From: Octopus vulgaris
Taxonomy: Eukaryota
Direction of reading: 5' to 3'
DNA length: 64,000 nucleotides
NCBI GenBank assembly: GCA_951406725.2
Contig: OX597836.1
Location: forward strand, 33,480,001-33,544,000
Shown: positions 26,890 to 39,850 of the stretch, in pieces
Layout: every line of letters begins with the position of its first letter
Position numbering within the stretch: position 1 is the stretch's first letter
Program-made: the position numbers and the translations under genes
Notes under the pieces: generated by a model
The model's input: the letters and a program-made list of their open reading frames with translations, nothing else
The model's database searches: none
Told to the model about the DNA's origin: nothing

Positions 26890-27455
26890 CCTTTCTATTA
26901 AATGCACAAGGCCTGAAATTTTGGTGGGAAAGGACTAGTCGATTTCATCGACCCCAGTACTCAACTGGTACTTATTTCATCGACCTCGAAAGGTTGAAAG
27001 GCACAGTCGACTTTGACGAAATTCGAACTCAGTGCGTGAAAACGGACAAAATACTGCTAAGCATTTCGTTCGGCGTGCTTAACGATTCAGCCAGCTCGCC
27101 GCCTTAATAATCCTTTATACTGCAGGCACAAGGCCTGAAACTAGGGGAGAGACTTAGTCGATAGCATCGACCCCACTGCTTGACTTTCATCCTTGTGGTG
27201 TCGATAAAGTAGAGTACCTTGAGCCAACATTTGAAAAATAATAATCATTTCTATAATAGGCGTGAAATTTGGGGGTGTGGGGACGGGGATTAGTCAATTA
27301 CGTCGACTCCAGTGCTTGACTGGTATTTATTTTACCGATCTTGGAAGGACGAAAGGGAAAGTCGAGACCTCAGTGAAATTTGAAATCAAACCGTAAAACC
27401 GAAAAAAAAAAATGCCGCGAAGCATTTTGTCCGGCGTTGACGATACTGCCGGCTT
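26886..27455 (-). mobile_element. Three stacked SINE-B type ii copies separated by (AAT)n
   Basis: Repeated AATAATC.TTT.TA...AGG..TGAAA tails on the plus strand. Confidence 0.75.
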
Positions 27456-27909
27456 CTTAAACCAATTTTTAGAGACAAGTGCCCAACAAAGCAAAACGCA
27501 ATTGCTAATTTAGTAATGGGATGACAAGCAGAATTATAAGGATTTCTTTTACTGGCCACAAAGGGCCCAAGACATGAAGGACAATATCAAAGGATGAGAT
27601 ATAACAGGTGGTGTTTAGGATCTTTACCTTTTGACCTACAGATTTAAAAAATAATTTTTTGTTACTAAACACTTTCAAACTTTGGACACTGGTAGAATGT
27701 GTCATATAAAACATCTTTTATTCTAGGAATTTTTGAGAAAAACTTATATTTACGAAGTTATTTCACGTTAAAGTTGTCCTATTTCGGTAATTTCAACCAA
27801 TCAATGACGTGTATTCAGCTGAATAAAATTACTGCTGTTGTTTGTCAACAAGAACTTCCGGTGGTGTTTACATCGATCTGCGGGAGCCACTACAGTATTT
27901 ACCTTATAT

Positions 27910-28090
27910 CAGTGCTGCGCAACCGATATGCCGAGGCACGCTGGTGTGCCGCGAGACTATGCTAGGTGTGGTGCAGTGGAGCCTGAATATAAATTTTTTC
28001 CCTACACGTTTAGTTATATTTTTAAGTTCAGGTGTGTCACCGAATTTTAAAAAGAATATAAGTGTACCGCAAGTAAAAAAAAGTCGCCTT
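27910..28090 (+). mobile_element. hAT (Charlie-like) MITE remnant
   Basis: CAGTGCTGCGCAACC start, GGCACGCTGGTGTGCCGCGAG subterminal motif, GTGTACCGCAAGTAAAAAAA near the end; right TIR degraded. Confidence 0.5.
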
Positions 28091-28113
28091 TACCCAATAT
28101 CCTGTACAGGATA

Positions 28114-28355
28114 AAGACCCTCTTCGGTCATGAATGACCATGGGCTTGCACCTCTGTTTATGGAAAACTAGCAGCCTCCCTTCTCCACGCCACCGACGTT
28201 ATCCAAAGGAAAGGCAAAAACCGATACAGCTGAGTGAACTGAAGCAACGGGAAAATAAAGTACCTTGCTCAAGTGCACAACACAGCCTGGTCCGGGAATC
28301 GAACTCACTAACTCATGACTGTGAGCCCGACACTCTAACCACTGAGCCATGCGCC
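28114..28355 (-). mobile_element. tRNA-headed SINE family E (also 30645-30887 plus, 34873-34985 minus, 46898-47227 minus)
   Basis: TGGCTCAGTGG A box, GAGTTCGATTCCC B box, CTTGAGCAAG CORE-like segment, GGTCATTCATGACC tail hairpin. Confidence 0.82.
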
Positions 28356-28558
28356 TTAAAGGATATAACGAAAGATATACAAATAGAAGTTAGAGAAACA
28401 AATAGTTAATAAATAAATAGTCCCCAAGAGCTGGGGTAATTCTCAGGGTAATTCGGGGTAAACCCACGCAAAAGACTCGTATTACTCTGCTATCCCCAAG
28501 GGATGGGAAGTGCCCTCAGCCAGTTTCTCCCCTCCTACTTAGAAAAACAAACTCAGAG

Positions 28559-28778
28559 TACAAAGGAGTGCTGAGAAGTTCCTGGCTTTAAGGGTGTCGC
28601 GAAAGGCCTGGTTGGGGGCCAACCTTCCGAGTTCTTTTTCAGGGCTTAGAAAAACTGAAGGACCGCTGCTAATAAGTGTGTGAATCTGAGAGGGGGAAAT
28701 ATGTTGGATGAAATCATAATTAACTGGTCCTTCTGTATTTTCTTTTACCTAAAGCTGGGAACTTAGTACCCACTCGTA
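28559..28778 (+). mobile_element. Non-autonomous mariner element, second copy
   Basis: Colinear with 2260-2467; TA at both ends. Confidence 0.78.
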
Positions 28779-29108
28779 GATCCGTTCGGTCTCACTAGTC
28801 TTGTTAGTCTACGTCCACCGTGCACGAGTGTGCACAATGTAAAGTTCTCTTTTTTGTTTCAGAGTGAAAGCAATTGAAACAGCTCCTCTGTTGCTTTCGA
28901 TTGAACGGACCTTTGCCAACAATGGACACAAAAACGTCCCAGGAGAAATAAAAAAAAAAGATTTCAGCAGGTGTTAGTAGCAAAACATTCAACATATTTA
29001 GTGCCCCGCTGTTTAGTTTGAAAAGTCAACTCAAAGATCCACCCAAACCATTAGGAAAGTCTATTTAAAGATTTAAAAAAAAAAACGAATTGAATTATAT
29101 AAGGGTCG

Positions 29109-29152
<44 letters not shown>

Positions 29153-29697
29153 GCTCTCCTTCTCTCTCTACCCTCACACGTGTAAAAACACACACATGCT
29201 GATTTTATATTTGAGCCAAATCAAACAGTAAAGTTAAACGACCGAAAACGAAAAGAAATCTTTCTTTACATATCCAATTTCATTTTTAGCTTTAACCCCG
29301 TAGGTCACCCACCAGTCAGCAGATAATAAAATATATAAAGCTGGGCTTTGTACTTGAAAATTCGGCGAAGACAACCAAAAGTAAAAAATGAAAGCAAGTA
29401 AATTAAATAGATAGATTTGAAAAAAAAACAAACAAAAAAAACAAAGAAAACTTCGATGAACAAAGTGAAAAAAATGCTTCGTAATAGTTGATTTAAGTAA
29501 ATATAAAGAAATTGAAACGATTAGCTTCAGTCGTTTCTGGGATTGTCAACGGAGAGAGAGAAGGGAGAGGAAAGGAGAGAGAAAGGAAGAAAGGAGAGAG
29601 AGAAGGGAGAGGAAAGGAGAAAGGAAGAAAGGAGAGAGAGAGGGAGAGCAATGATGAATCAGCCAAAACAATAGGGAACAATGAACTTTTTATTTAG

Positions 29698-29810
29698 CGT
29701 ATTTACTCGTGTATAAGCCGCACCCCTAAATTCGCATAAATCTTGCTACGTTTGTTCTTTTCCTTTCAGAGGTTTTAGCTCTGTGTATAAATCGCACCCC
29801 TAATTCGGTG
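29698..29810 (+). mobile_element. Single end of a Tc2/pogo-like DNA transposon
   Basis: CGTATTTACTCGTGTATAAGCCGCACC plus an internal repeat GTGTATAAATCGCACCCC; no second TIR found. Confidence 0.4.
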
Positions 29811-29883
29811 TTAAATCTAAGTACGTTTTCCCTTTTATAGTTTTTGGGGTTTTTCCTTTTTATTTTTTATTCCCCAATTAAAA

Positions 29884-30253
29884 TCTCTATATATATAAGC
29901 AGCAAAATGTCTGTCTGTGTGTGTATCCTTTATACAAATCCACAATTTTTCAGTTAGAGGGCTCGCACTTTCTATGGTCATTCAAAACCGCCCAAGGGTG
30001 GTCGTGCACATCTTTACATTTCCCCAGTCACCCAGCAAAGCCATTAAAAAAAATCAATAAAAGTGACATTTTTGTGAATTTTCTATCCAAAACCCAATCA
30101 AAATGCCCGAAACTTGATACGCCAATTGAATGCCAGCTAGCTGTATTTGATTGGTCGGAGATTTGGACAGTACTCGCGTGTATGTGCGCACGCACGCAGC
30201 TATATATGCATGCATTAGCACTATGACCCGGCGTTGCCAGGTCATAGTCCTAG
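29884..30253 (+). mobile_element. Non-autonomous Helitron
   Basis: A|TC 5' end, subterminal hairpin CTATGACCCGGC-GTT-GCCAGGTCATAG (30221-30247), CTAG|T 3' end. Confidence 0.85.
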
Positions 30254-30934
30254 TTATATATGAAATATTGTGACATAGTCCATCTTTTTTTTTTTTTTTT
30301 TGACAATCTTTATATCTTTCTAAGAGTGAATGTATTATTGAATGTAGAACTACTGCTGTGTTTGCTCTGAGAGACCCTCTTACGCGTACAGTGCTAAGAG
30401 CAAAGGCCCATATCTTTAGCAGACAAGAACCGTCTTGAACGGGCGCTAGAACTGCCTGGTCGCGTGATTTCAGTCTACATGCGCTTCCTCAGTGACAGGC
30501 ATTCATTCACCGATTGCCAGCCAAGTTTCACAGTCAACAATTTATAAAATAACAGTGACTGACGTTACAAATAGCCAGCAGGCTTATTAGAAAATAAATA
30601 TTAGCAACAGAAGCACCATTAATGCCAAATGGCAATCCTTATATCCTGAGTTCGATTCCCGGATTGGGCTGTGTGTTGTGTACTTGAGCAAGACACTTTA
30701 CTTCACATTACTTCAGCTCACTCGGCTGTAGAAATGAGTTACGGCATCACTAGTGCCAAGCTGTATCAGAGGCTGGTATGCATGGGCGACTGCTAGTCTT
30801 CCATAAACAAGTTTTCCTGGGCTTGCGCCTCGAAGGGAAGCTTTCTAGATGCAATCGCACGGTCATTCGTGACCGAAGAGGGTCTTCATATGAAAACTTG
30901 CCGTTAACAAAAGTTGGGATGCGTGGCGTTCAGT

Positions 30935-31334
30935 TACTCTTTTACTTGTTTCAGTCATGTGACAGCGGCCATGCTGGGGTACCGCCTTAAGTCGAGCAAA
31001 TCGACCCCAGGACTTATTCTTTGGAAGCTTAGTACTTATTCTATCGGTCTCTTTTGCCAAACCGCTAAGTTACGGGGACATAAACACACCAGCATCGGTT
31101 GTCAAGCGATGTTGAGGGGACAAACACAGACACACAAACATATACACACACATACACACACACGCACACACACAATGGGTTTCTTTTCAGTTCCCGTATA
31201 CCAAATCCATTCATAAGGCTTTGGTCAGTGTAAGGCTACAGCAGAAGACAGTAGTCCAAGGTGCCGTGCAGTGGGATTGAACATGGAGCCATGTAGTTGG
31301 GAAGCAAATTGCTTACCACACAGCCATGCCTGTG

Positions 31335-31338
<4 letters not shown>
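30935..31338 (-). mobile_element. SINE family A, full length
   Basis: Reverse complement of reference copy. Confidence 0.87.
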
Positions 31339-31370
<32 letters not shown>

Positions 31371-32469
31371 TAATCCAAACAAGAAAACACAGAAGAAAAC
31401 ACAGCAACGCGAGGACGTGGAACAATTAAAGTATTATTTGACGCTCAGGAAAGATCCCAAGAAGGGAAGACAGAGGAAAAAAATATTTTTGCTGGTGGTG
31501 CTCAATATATATATAAATCAATAAATGGTGGGGTTTAATTTTTCCTTAATTATATATATATATATATATATCATACATACACACACATACACACACACTC
31601 AAATATAGATATGTACATGTATGTGTGTACGAGTAAGTGTGTGTGTGTGCAATTGTATTTGCCTACCAATACCATCACCACTTGACACTTGGAGTTGATG
31701 TGTCTGACTGAAACCCTTCAAGGCAGTGCCCCAGTATGGCCACAGCCTAATGACTGAAACGAGTAAAAAGCAAAAAAAAAAACAAAAAAAAAAACAAACA
31801 AACAAAAAGCTAAAGAAAAGATAAAGGCATATACAGAAATTCTTCCTCTTGTTCTTCAAAATGGTGTGGGGGGGGGGGTGATGGTGGTGGCGGCAGTGGT
31901 GGCAGACTTCAGAGAAAGGGGCGCAAAGATTTCCACACTGGAAGGTTGTAATGCATACATAGATAGGCAAGGTACTTAAATTTTGTCCCAATGTTCAATG
32001 ATTTTCCAATACTGGCATTTAACTGTGCCATAAATTCGGTAATAAAAATCAGGAAGTAGGGCCTAAAACTGGCAGACAGACGTTTGAAAAAAAGCAGGAT
32101 TTATGGCTAGAGTAACTATAGAACTTGAAAGGGTATAAACAGAACTTCAGATGTTGTGGAGACTGGAGGTTGTTTTTTAACTGGAAGAATTTGGTTAATA
32201 CATATTTCACACATACATACATACATAGAGGATTGTGAATGTGTGCATACATATACATACACGCACTCACATATACACACATGTACATAAATGTGCTGCC
32301 TTGTTTTTTTGTGTTTTGGGGGGTTTTTTTCCTGACAGTTACACTTATGACTGTATTTCAAAAATTTCTAAATTAACAGTGTCTTTTGTGGAATCTAGTC
32401 AACTTACATCAATTCCCTATTAGATTCGCAAATAGAGTTCCTCCGACAACATTTATTTCCACTGCATAA

Positions 32470-32474
32470 AGAAT

Positions 32475-32513
<39 letters not shown>

Positions 32514-32771
32514 CATATATATATATATATACATACATACATATATATACATATACATACATACATATATATACATATATACATACATATATACATATAT
32601 ACATACATATATACATACATATATACATACATATATACATATATACATACATATATACATATATACATACATATATACATATATACATACATATATACAT
32701 ATATACATACATATATACATACATACATACATACATATATACATATATATATACATATATACATATATATA

Positions 32772-32833
<62 letters not shown>

Positions 32834-32843
32834 CATATATATA

Positions 32844-32879
<36 letters not shown>

Positions 32880-33085
32880 TACATATATATATATACATAT
32901 ATACATACATATATACATACATTATATACATATATACATACATTATATACATATATACATATATATACATACATATATATATATATATACATACATACAT
33001 ACATATATACATACATACATACATATATACATACATATATATATACACATATATATATACATATATATATAATATATACATATAT

Positions 33086-33130
<45 letters not shown>

Positions 33131-33165
33131 TATATACATGCATACACATACACACACACATATAC
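32470..33165. repeat. (AT)n/(ACAT)n microsatellite
   Basis: Directly visible. Confidence 0.96.
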
Positions 33166-33294
33166 AACTCACTCCTTTTCCATCTTTTTAAAAGATTTTT
33201 TTTTCCTCTCCTTCAAAAAAAAAAAAAAAAATTTTTTTCTTTGCACAGAACCCATTTCAGTTTCCTCTTAATTTTCTTTACATCTTTGAAAATA

Positions 33295-33333
<39 letters not shown>

Positions 33334-33742
33334 CATTACCACCACCACCGCCTTCTCCTTCATCTTGGTCTCAATTGTGAAGTCTCATTACTAACATAAT
33401 TTCCTTTCCATCTTAATTACTTTGCAATGTTTTTGGCGTGAGGGCTTTTCTTTCCTTTTTCCTTTTTTTTTTGATATATATTTATTGACTTATTTATTTA
33501 TTTATTTATTTACTTATTTTATTTATTTCTTTATTCATTTCCACAGTAATTCCTTTCAAATGATATGCAATTTACCGAAAATGTGGTTCCTTCCAAATAG
33601 ATCAAACTCTTAAGTAACGTCGCTTCTCACATAGAGCCTCCTCGCCGACTGCCGCCGTTACTCCCAATCACTACCGCCTAACCAACACCCCTGTATTATT
33701 ATGAGGGTTCACTTTGCTTTTCATTCTTCTAGGATTCATTAA

Positions 33743-33961
33743 CCCTTTAGTGTTCAGATTATTCTATCAAACATAATGCTTATTGATTCCCATTGATTTG
33801 AATTAATCATGCATTTTCTCATATCTTCAAGATCTTGATGGTGTAATTACTTAATGTAGAATAACATTGTAGGGTAGGTGTGAGAGCCTGGATCTGGTCA
33901 GTTTGAGCATAAAACAGATTAAATATTTTGGCCGGATGTGGCCGGTTTAAATACTAAAGGG
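33743..33961. mobile_element. piggyBac-like MITE (partial relatives near 57890-58050 and 59225-59345)
   Basis: TTAA|CCCTTTAGTGTT ... AATACTAAAGGG|TTAA: TIRs with TTAA target duplication. Confidence 0.85.
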
Positions 33962-34256
33962 TTAAATAGATACCAGTAATACAGCAGAGCCAATATAATC
34001 AACCAGCCTCTTCCTCCTCTTCAAAAAAAATATTAAATAAATAAATAAATAAATAAATGGAGAAATCCTGGCCTTGTACCTATGATAGGAATTATTACAG
34101 TTTTCCCAAGATTTCAGGCAGTGAGCTGGCAGAATTGTTAGAACTCCGGACAAAATGTTTAGCAGCAATTTGTCTGTCTTTATGTTCAGAGTTCAAATTC
34201 CACTGAGATCAATTTTGGCTTATATCCATTCGGGGTCAATGAAATAAGTACCAGTC

Positions 34257-34600
34257 AAGTACTGGGGCTGGTGTAATCGACTAAGCCTCTCCTGACAAAA
34301 TTTAGGTCCTTGGTGCCCTATATTAAGATAAGAGGCCCCCTTTAAGTACTGGGGCTGGTGTAATCGACTAAGCCTCTCCTGACAAAATTCAGGTCCTTGG
34401 TGCCCTATATTAAGATCAGAGGCCCCCTTTAAGTACTGGGGCTGGTGTAATCGACTAAGCCTCTCCTGACAAAATTCAGGTCCTTGGTGCCCTATATTAA
34501 GATCAGAGGCTCCCTTTAAGTACTGGGGCTGGTGTAATCGACTAAGCCTCTCCTGACAAAATTTAGGTCCTTGGTGCCCTATATTAAGATAAGAGCCCTA
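34257..34600 (+). repeat. 87-bp minisatellite, four units
   Basis: AAGTACTGGGG at 34257, 34344, 34431, 34518. Confidence 0.93.
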
Positions 34601-34629
34601 AGATGGTGCCCTATATTAAGATATTTTAG

Positions 34630-34860
34630 TGCGGCGAGCTGGCAGAAACGTTAGCGCGCCGGGCGAAATACTTAGCGGTATTTCGTCTATCGCTACGTTC
34701 TGAGTTCAAATTCCGCTGAGGTCGACTTTGCCTTTCATCCTTTCGGGGTCGATAAATAAAGTACCAGTTTCGGACTGGAGTTGATGTAATCGACTTAATC
34801 CCTTTGTCTGTCCTTGTTTGTCCCCTCTATGTTTAGCCCCTTGTGGGCAGTAAAGAAATA
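34630..34860 (+). mobile_element. Young full-length SINE-B (type i tail) with 12-bp target-site duplication
   Basis: TATATTAAGATA at 34612-34623 and 34861-34872. Confidence 0.9.
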
Positions 34861-35040
34861 TATATTAAGATAAGAGGCTCCCTTTAGTCATGAATGACCA
34901 TGGGATTGCACCCAGAAAGTTTCTGTCTGAGGCACAAGTCTGGGCAAGGTTGCTTATGGAAGACCAGCAGTCACCCATGCGTACCTGCTGTTTCTGACGG
35001 TACTGCTGCTGCTGCTGCTGATGATGATGATCATCATCAT

Positions 35041-35300
35041 CATCGTTTAGCGTCCGCTTTCCATGCTAGCATGGGTTGGACGGTTCTACTGGGGTCTGTG
35101 AAGCCAGAAGGCTTTATCAGGCCCAGTCAGATCTGGCAGTGTTTCTACGGCTGGATGCCCTTCCTAGCGCCAACCACTCCGTGAGTGTAGTGGGTGCTTT
35201 TTACGTGCCACCCGCACAGGTGCCAGACAGAGCTGGCAAACGGCCACGAACGGATGGTGCTTTTTATGTGCCACCGGCACAGGGGCCAGGCGAGGCTGGC
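35041..35300 (-). mobile_element. Repeat family D (RTE-like tail ending in (GAT)n)
   Basis: Reverse strand GGAAGGGCATCCAGCCGTAGAAA...CCAACCCATGCTAGCATGGAAAGCGGACG(GAT)n. Confidence 0.8.
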
Positions 35301-36011
35301 GGCGACAATAAAGAAAAACTAGAAGAAGAAGAAGAAATTTTAGTTATGGTACTGATAAACTTGAAAGACCAAAATAATACGAGAAGAACATTTTCAATCT
35401 CTTAGTTGGAAACGATAATCACTTAGGCAGGTGATGCCTCTAAAAGTACTACATCCGTTTTCACATTCTGAGTTCAAATTCTGCTGCAGTTGACTTTGCC
35501 TTTTACCATTTTTTGGGGGTTGATAAATTAAATACCAGTTACACACTGGGGTCGATCTAATCGACTTAGTCCCCTCCCACCAAATTTCAGACCTTGTACC
35601 TTTAGTAGAAAGGATCATCATCATCATCATTGTTGTTATTATTAAAAATAAAATCCTCCTCCTCCTCCTCCTCTTCTTCATCAGTTTTAATTTCTTTGTT
35701 GTTTTAGTCTTCATTTTATTTAATTTCATAAAAGAAGAATAAACATCCTTATTATATTATTAAAAAATTATTATCAAAAATATATCATCATCATCATCAT
35801 CATCATCCTCATCATCATCACCATTTTCCTTTCACAGACTGTTTTCTGCCTGTCTCTCTCTCCCCCCACGTCTAGCTCTTCGGTACAGCCAAAAGAATAA
35901 CAAAGCATCTCGGTAAAGTGTATATGACACCTAACCAGATGATCTAGATCCTACCGCTGAGAGAGAGAGAGAGAGCGAGAGACAGACAGACAGACAGAGA
36001 GAGAGAGAGAC

Positions 36012-36044
<33 letters not shown>

Positions 36045-36238
36045 GAGAGAGAGCCATGTCAACAGTCCGTAGCCTTCAAACGAGGCCTGCTCATGTTACC
36101 AAAACCACCCCCTGTGCAACTGGTGCACTTCAGGTCTCTCACCGTCTACCCGGCATCATACACTGCATCTTTTTTTTTAGAGGGGTACCCACTGTTAGTA
36201 CCGACTACCCTGTTGTATATATTTCCTGCCTGCAATAA

Positions 36239-36269
<31 letters not shown>

Positions 36270-36330
36270 AACAAATGATAATCTGAATAGCAACAACAAC
36301 AATAAGAATGATATCATTAGTATTATCATT

Positions 36331-36365
<35 letters not shown>

Positions 36366-36738
36366 CATTATTGAGGTGGTGCACTGGCAGAGTCGTTAGC
36401 ACACAGGGGGAAATCCTCTGCAGTATTTCGTCTGTTAATCCTTCTGAGTTCAAATTCCGACGAGGTCGACTTTGTTTTCCATGCTTTCGAGGTCAATTAA
36501 ATAAGTACCAGTTATGTACTGGGGGTCGATGTAATCGCTTTAATCCCTTCCCCCAAATCTGAGCCTTTGTGCTTCCAGTAAGAAGGATTATTATTATCAT
36601 TGTTATTATTAGTTTTTGTAATTTCAATTGTTTATACTGAGTTCAAATCCCAGAGTTTAACTACTTGGTACTGTGGGGATCATATAAACATCGGCAGAAG
36701 TAAAATGGTTAGTGCCTATCTATGTATGAATGTGCATA

Positions 36739-36779
<41 letters not shown>

Positions 36780-37031
36780 ATCTCATCATCATCATTATAG
36801 CCTTTTATATATACCCGGATGAGGCATGGCAACATGATTAAGAAGTCTGCTTCACAACCGCATGGTTTTGGGTTCAGTCCTACTGCATGACACCTAGATA
36901 GCCATAGGCCGACAATAGACTTGCAAGTGGATTTAATTGAAACTAAAAGAAACCCACCATGTATACGTATGTGAATGTGTGTGTGTGTGTGTGTGTGTGT
37001 AAATATATATATATATATATATATACTGTGG

Positions 37032-37345
37032 AGGCGCAATGGCCAAGTGGTTAGGGCAGCGGACTTGCGGTCGGAGGATCGCGCTTTCGATTCCCAGACT
37101 GGGCGTTGTGCATGTTTATGGAGTGAAAACACATAAAAAAAGCTCCACGAGGCTCCGGCAGAGGGTGGTGGAGAGCCCTGTTGTACTCTTTCGCCCCCAA
37201 CTTTCTCTCACTCTATCTCTTCCTGTTTCTTGAGTAACACTGCGATGGACTGGTGTCCCGTCCAGCTGGGGGGAGAAAACACATACGCCACAGAAACCGG
37301 GAAACCAGGCCCATGAGCCTGGCTAGGCTTGAAAAGGGCGCATAA
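37032..37345 (+). mobile_element. SINE family C monomer with an alternative tail
   Basis: Head matches the 19584 unit; continues TGCGATGGACTGGTGTCCCGTCCAG...GAAACCGGGAAACC. Confidence 0.85.
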
Positions 37346-37379
37346 AAAATATATATATATATATATATATATATCAATG

Positions 37380-37805
37380 GAAATAGTAGTTGTGATGCCC
37401 TGTGCCGGTGGCACATAAAAAGCACCATCCGAATGTGTCCGATGCCAGCGCCGCTCCGACTGGCTTCTATGCCGGTGGCACATAAAAAGCACCATCCGAA
37501 TGTTGCCAGCGCCGCCTTGGCTGGCTTCCGTGCCGCTGGCACGTTAAAAGCTCCAACCGATCGTGGCCGATGCTAGACCCCCCCCCCCTGGCACCTGTGC
37601 AGGTGGCACGTAAAAAGCACCCATTACACTCGCGGAGTGGTTGGCATTAGGAAGGGCATCCAGCCGTAGAAACTCTGCCAGATCAGACTGGAGCCTGGTG
37701 CAGCCCCTGGCTTCCTAGACCCCGGTCGAACCGTCCAACCCGTGCTAGCGCGGAAAACGGACATTAAACGACGACGATGATGATGTTGATGATGATGATG
37801 ATGAT
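37380..37805 (+). mobile_element. Repeat family D with internal ~65-bp tandem units (also 56205-56670, 61900-62235)
   Basis: Four GTGCCGGTGGCAC.TAAAAAGCACC-like motifs followed by the family D tail. Confidence 0.82.
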
Positions 37806-38086
37806 GATATATATAAACCTGGTGTGGTCCTCTGGCTTGCCAGCTCCTGTCGAACTACACAACCCATGCCAGCTTGGAAAACAGACACTAAATGATGATG
37901 ACGGTGATGATGATAATGTTGTTGCCGATGATATATGTTCATATTCCAGAGGATGACAAGTCCCCAAAGAAGGTATATCCAGCCACTTAGAATAAAGTAC
38001 CCAGAAATACATCTGAGACTGAATAAAACCATATTTTATTTATAATCATTAGTCTGACAAAATATACTGTTTCACCCAGACTAAGA

Positions 38087-38134
<48 letters not shown>

Positions 38135-38274
38135 TGCTTTTAAGTGAGAAACTCACAACAGAGTCATGATTTATAAACATCTAGTTATTAAAGTGGAAAA
38201 ATTATCAGAAAAGCCATTTCAATCCATTTTTTCAAATATATAATACTGTATCAAGGATTTCCTATTTCATTTCT

Positions 38275-38309
38275 AATATATATGTATATGTGTGAGTGTG
38301 TGTGTGTGT

Positions 38310-38355
<46 letters not shown>

Positions 38356-38790
38356 ATATACACATGCAAATATATATACATATATATATATATACACACA
38401 CATATACACATGCAAATATATATACATATATATATATATACACACACATATACACATGCAAATATATATACATATATATATATATACACACACATATACA
38501 CATGCAAATATATATACATATATATATATACACACACATATACACATGCAAATATATATACATATATATATATATATACACACACACATGCAAATATATA
38601 TACATATATATATACACACACATATACACAAAATATATATACACACACATATATAAATATATATACACACACACATAATATACACACACACATACACATG
38701 CAAATATATATACATATATATACACACACACACACACCACACATATATATATATATATATATATTGTGTGTGTGTGTGTGAGTGTGTAGG
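38275..38790. repeat. Compound microsatellite with ~44-bp higher-order unit
   Basis: Recurrent ACACATGCAAATATATATACAT. Confidence 0.9.
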
Positions 38791-39022
38791 TGTGATATTC
38801 AGATCAGGAGCTCTGATTTAAGGATAACTCGATATTTTGTTGCATTGCTTAGAAAGCAAAAAAAAAATAAAGGATTAAAAAAGAAAAGAAAAGAACCAGA
38901 GGGTGGGACACTGGTATAGAATGCATGAGACCAATGTAAAAACATCACAGACCTGATACTGCTCTCTGGGAAGACCGGGAAGATAAAACGGTTTCACCTC
39001 ATAAACTTGTGAACAGAATCAT

Positions 39023-39098
39023 GTACTTACCTAAAAGAAGAAAAAACAAAAAATAAATAAATGAAAATACAATCAAGAAATAAATGGTAACATAAGCA
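39023..39098 (-). other. Splice signal: long polypyrimidine tract + TTTTAG|GTAAGT (candidate recursive site)
   Basis: Minus strand TTATTTTTTGTTTTTTCTTCTTTTAG|GTAAGTAC, junction 39031/39030, about 66 nt AG-free upstream. Confidence 0.55.
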
Positions 39099-39269
39099 CT
39101 AAGCTACACATTTTGGGAGGAATCAACAGTTTGTGGCACCACCCCGTAGAATAGGGCTGATAGTTATAAGAACGCTGGAGGTTTAATATTATACCTGAAA
39201 AACAAGAAGTTGAGTTGGCAGAATTGTTAGTACAATGGATGAAATATCTAATTGCATTTCTTCTGTCTC

Positions 39270-39850
39270 TGAGCTGGCATAATTGTTAGCATGCTGGGCA
39301 GAATGCTCAGGGGCATTTTCATCTGCCCTTACGTTCCGAGTTCAAATTCCACTGAGGTCAACTTTGCCTTTCATCTATTCAGGGTCGATAAAGTAAGTAC
39401 CAGTGAAACACTGGGGTCGATGTAATCAACTAATCCCCTCCCTACAAACGTCCGGCCTTGTGCCTTCAGTGAAAAGGATCATGTTCTGGGGTGAAATTCT
39501 GCAGGGGTCAATTTTGCCGTTCATCTTTTCAGGGTCAATAAAGTAAGTACCAGTGAAACGCTGGGGTCGATGTAATCGACTAGTCCCCTCCCTACAAATT
39601 TCAGGCCTTGTGCCTTTAGTAGAAAGGATCATGTTCTGGGGTGAAATTCTGCAGGGGTCACCTTTGCCTTTCATCTTTTCAGGGACGATAAAGTAAGTAC
39701 CAGTGAAACACTGGGGTTGATGTAATCGACTAGTCCCCTCCCTACAAATTTCAGGCCTTGCACCTTAAGTAGAAAGGATCATGTTCTGAGGTGAAATTCT
39801 GCAGGGGTCAATTTTGCCTTTCATATTTTCAGAGTTGTTAAAATAAAGTA
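39270..39850 (+). repeat. SINE-B followed by a 150-bp tandem array of its own body (~3.5 units)
   Basis: AAAGGATC ends at 39480, 39630, 39780. Confidence 0.9.

Noticed and set aside
37402-37620. CRISPR-like palindromic repeats with spacers
   Set aside because: Linkers are related to each other, repeats are degenerate, context is a eukaryotic retroposon and there are no cas genes
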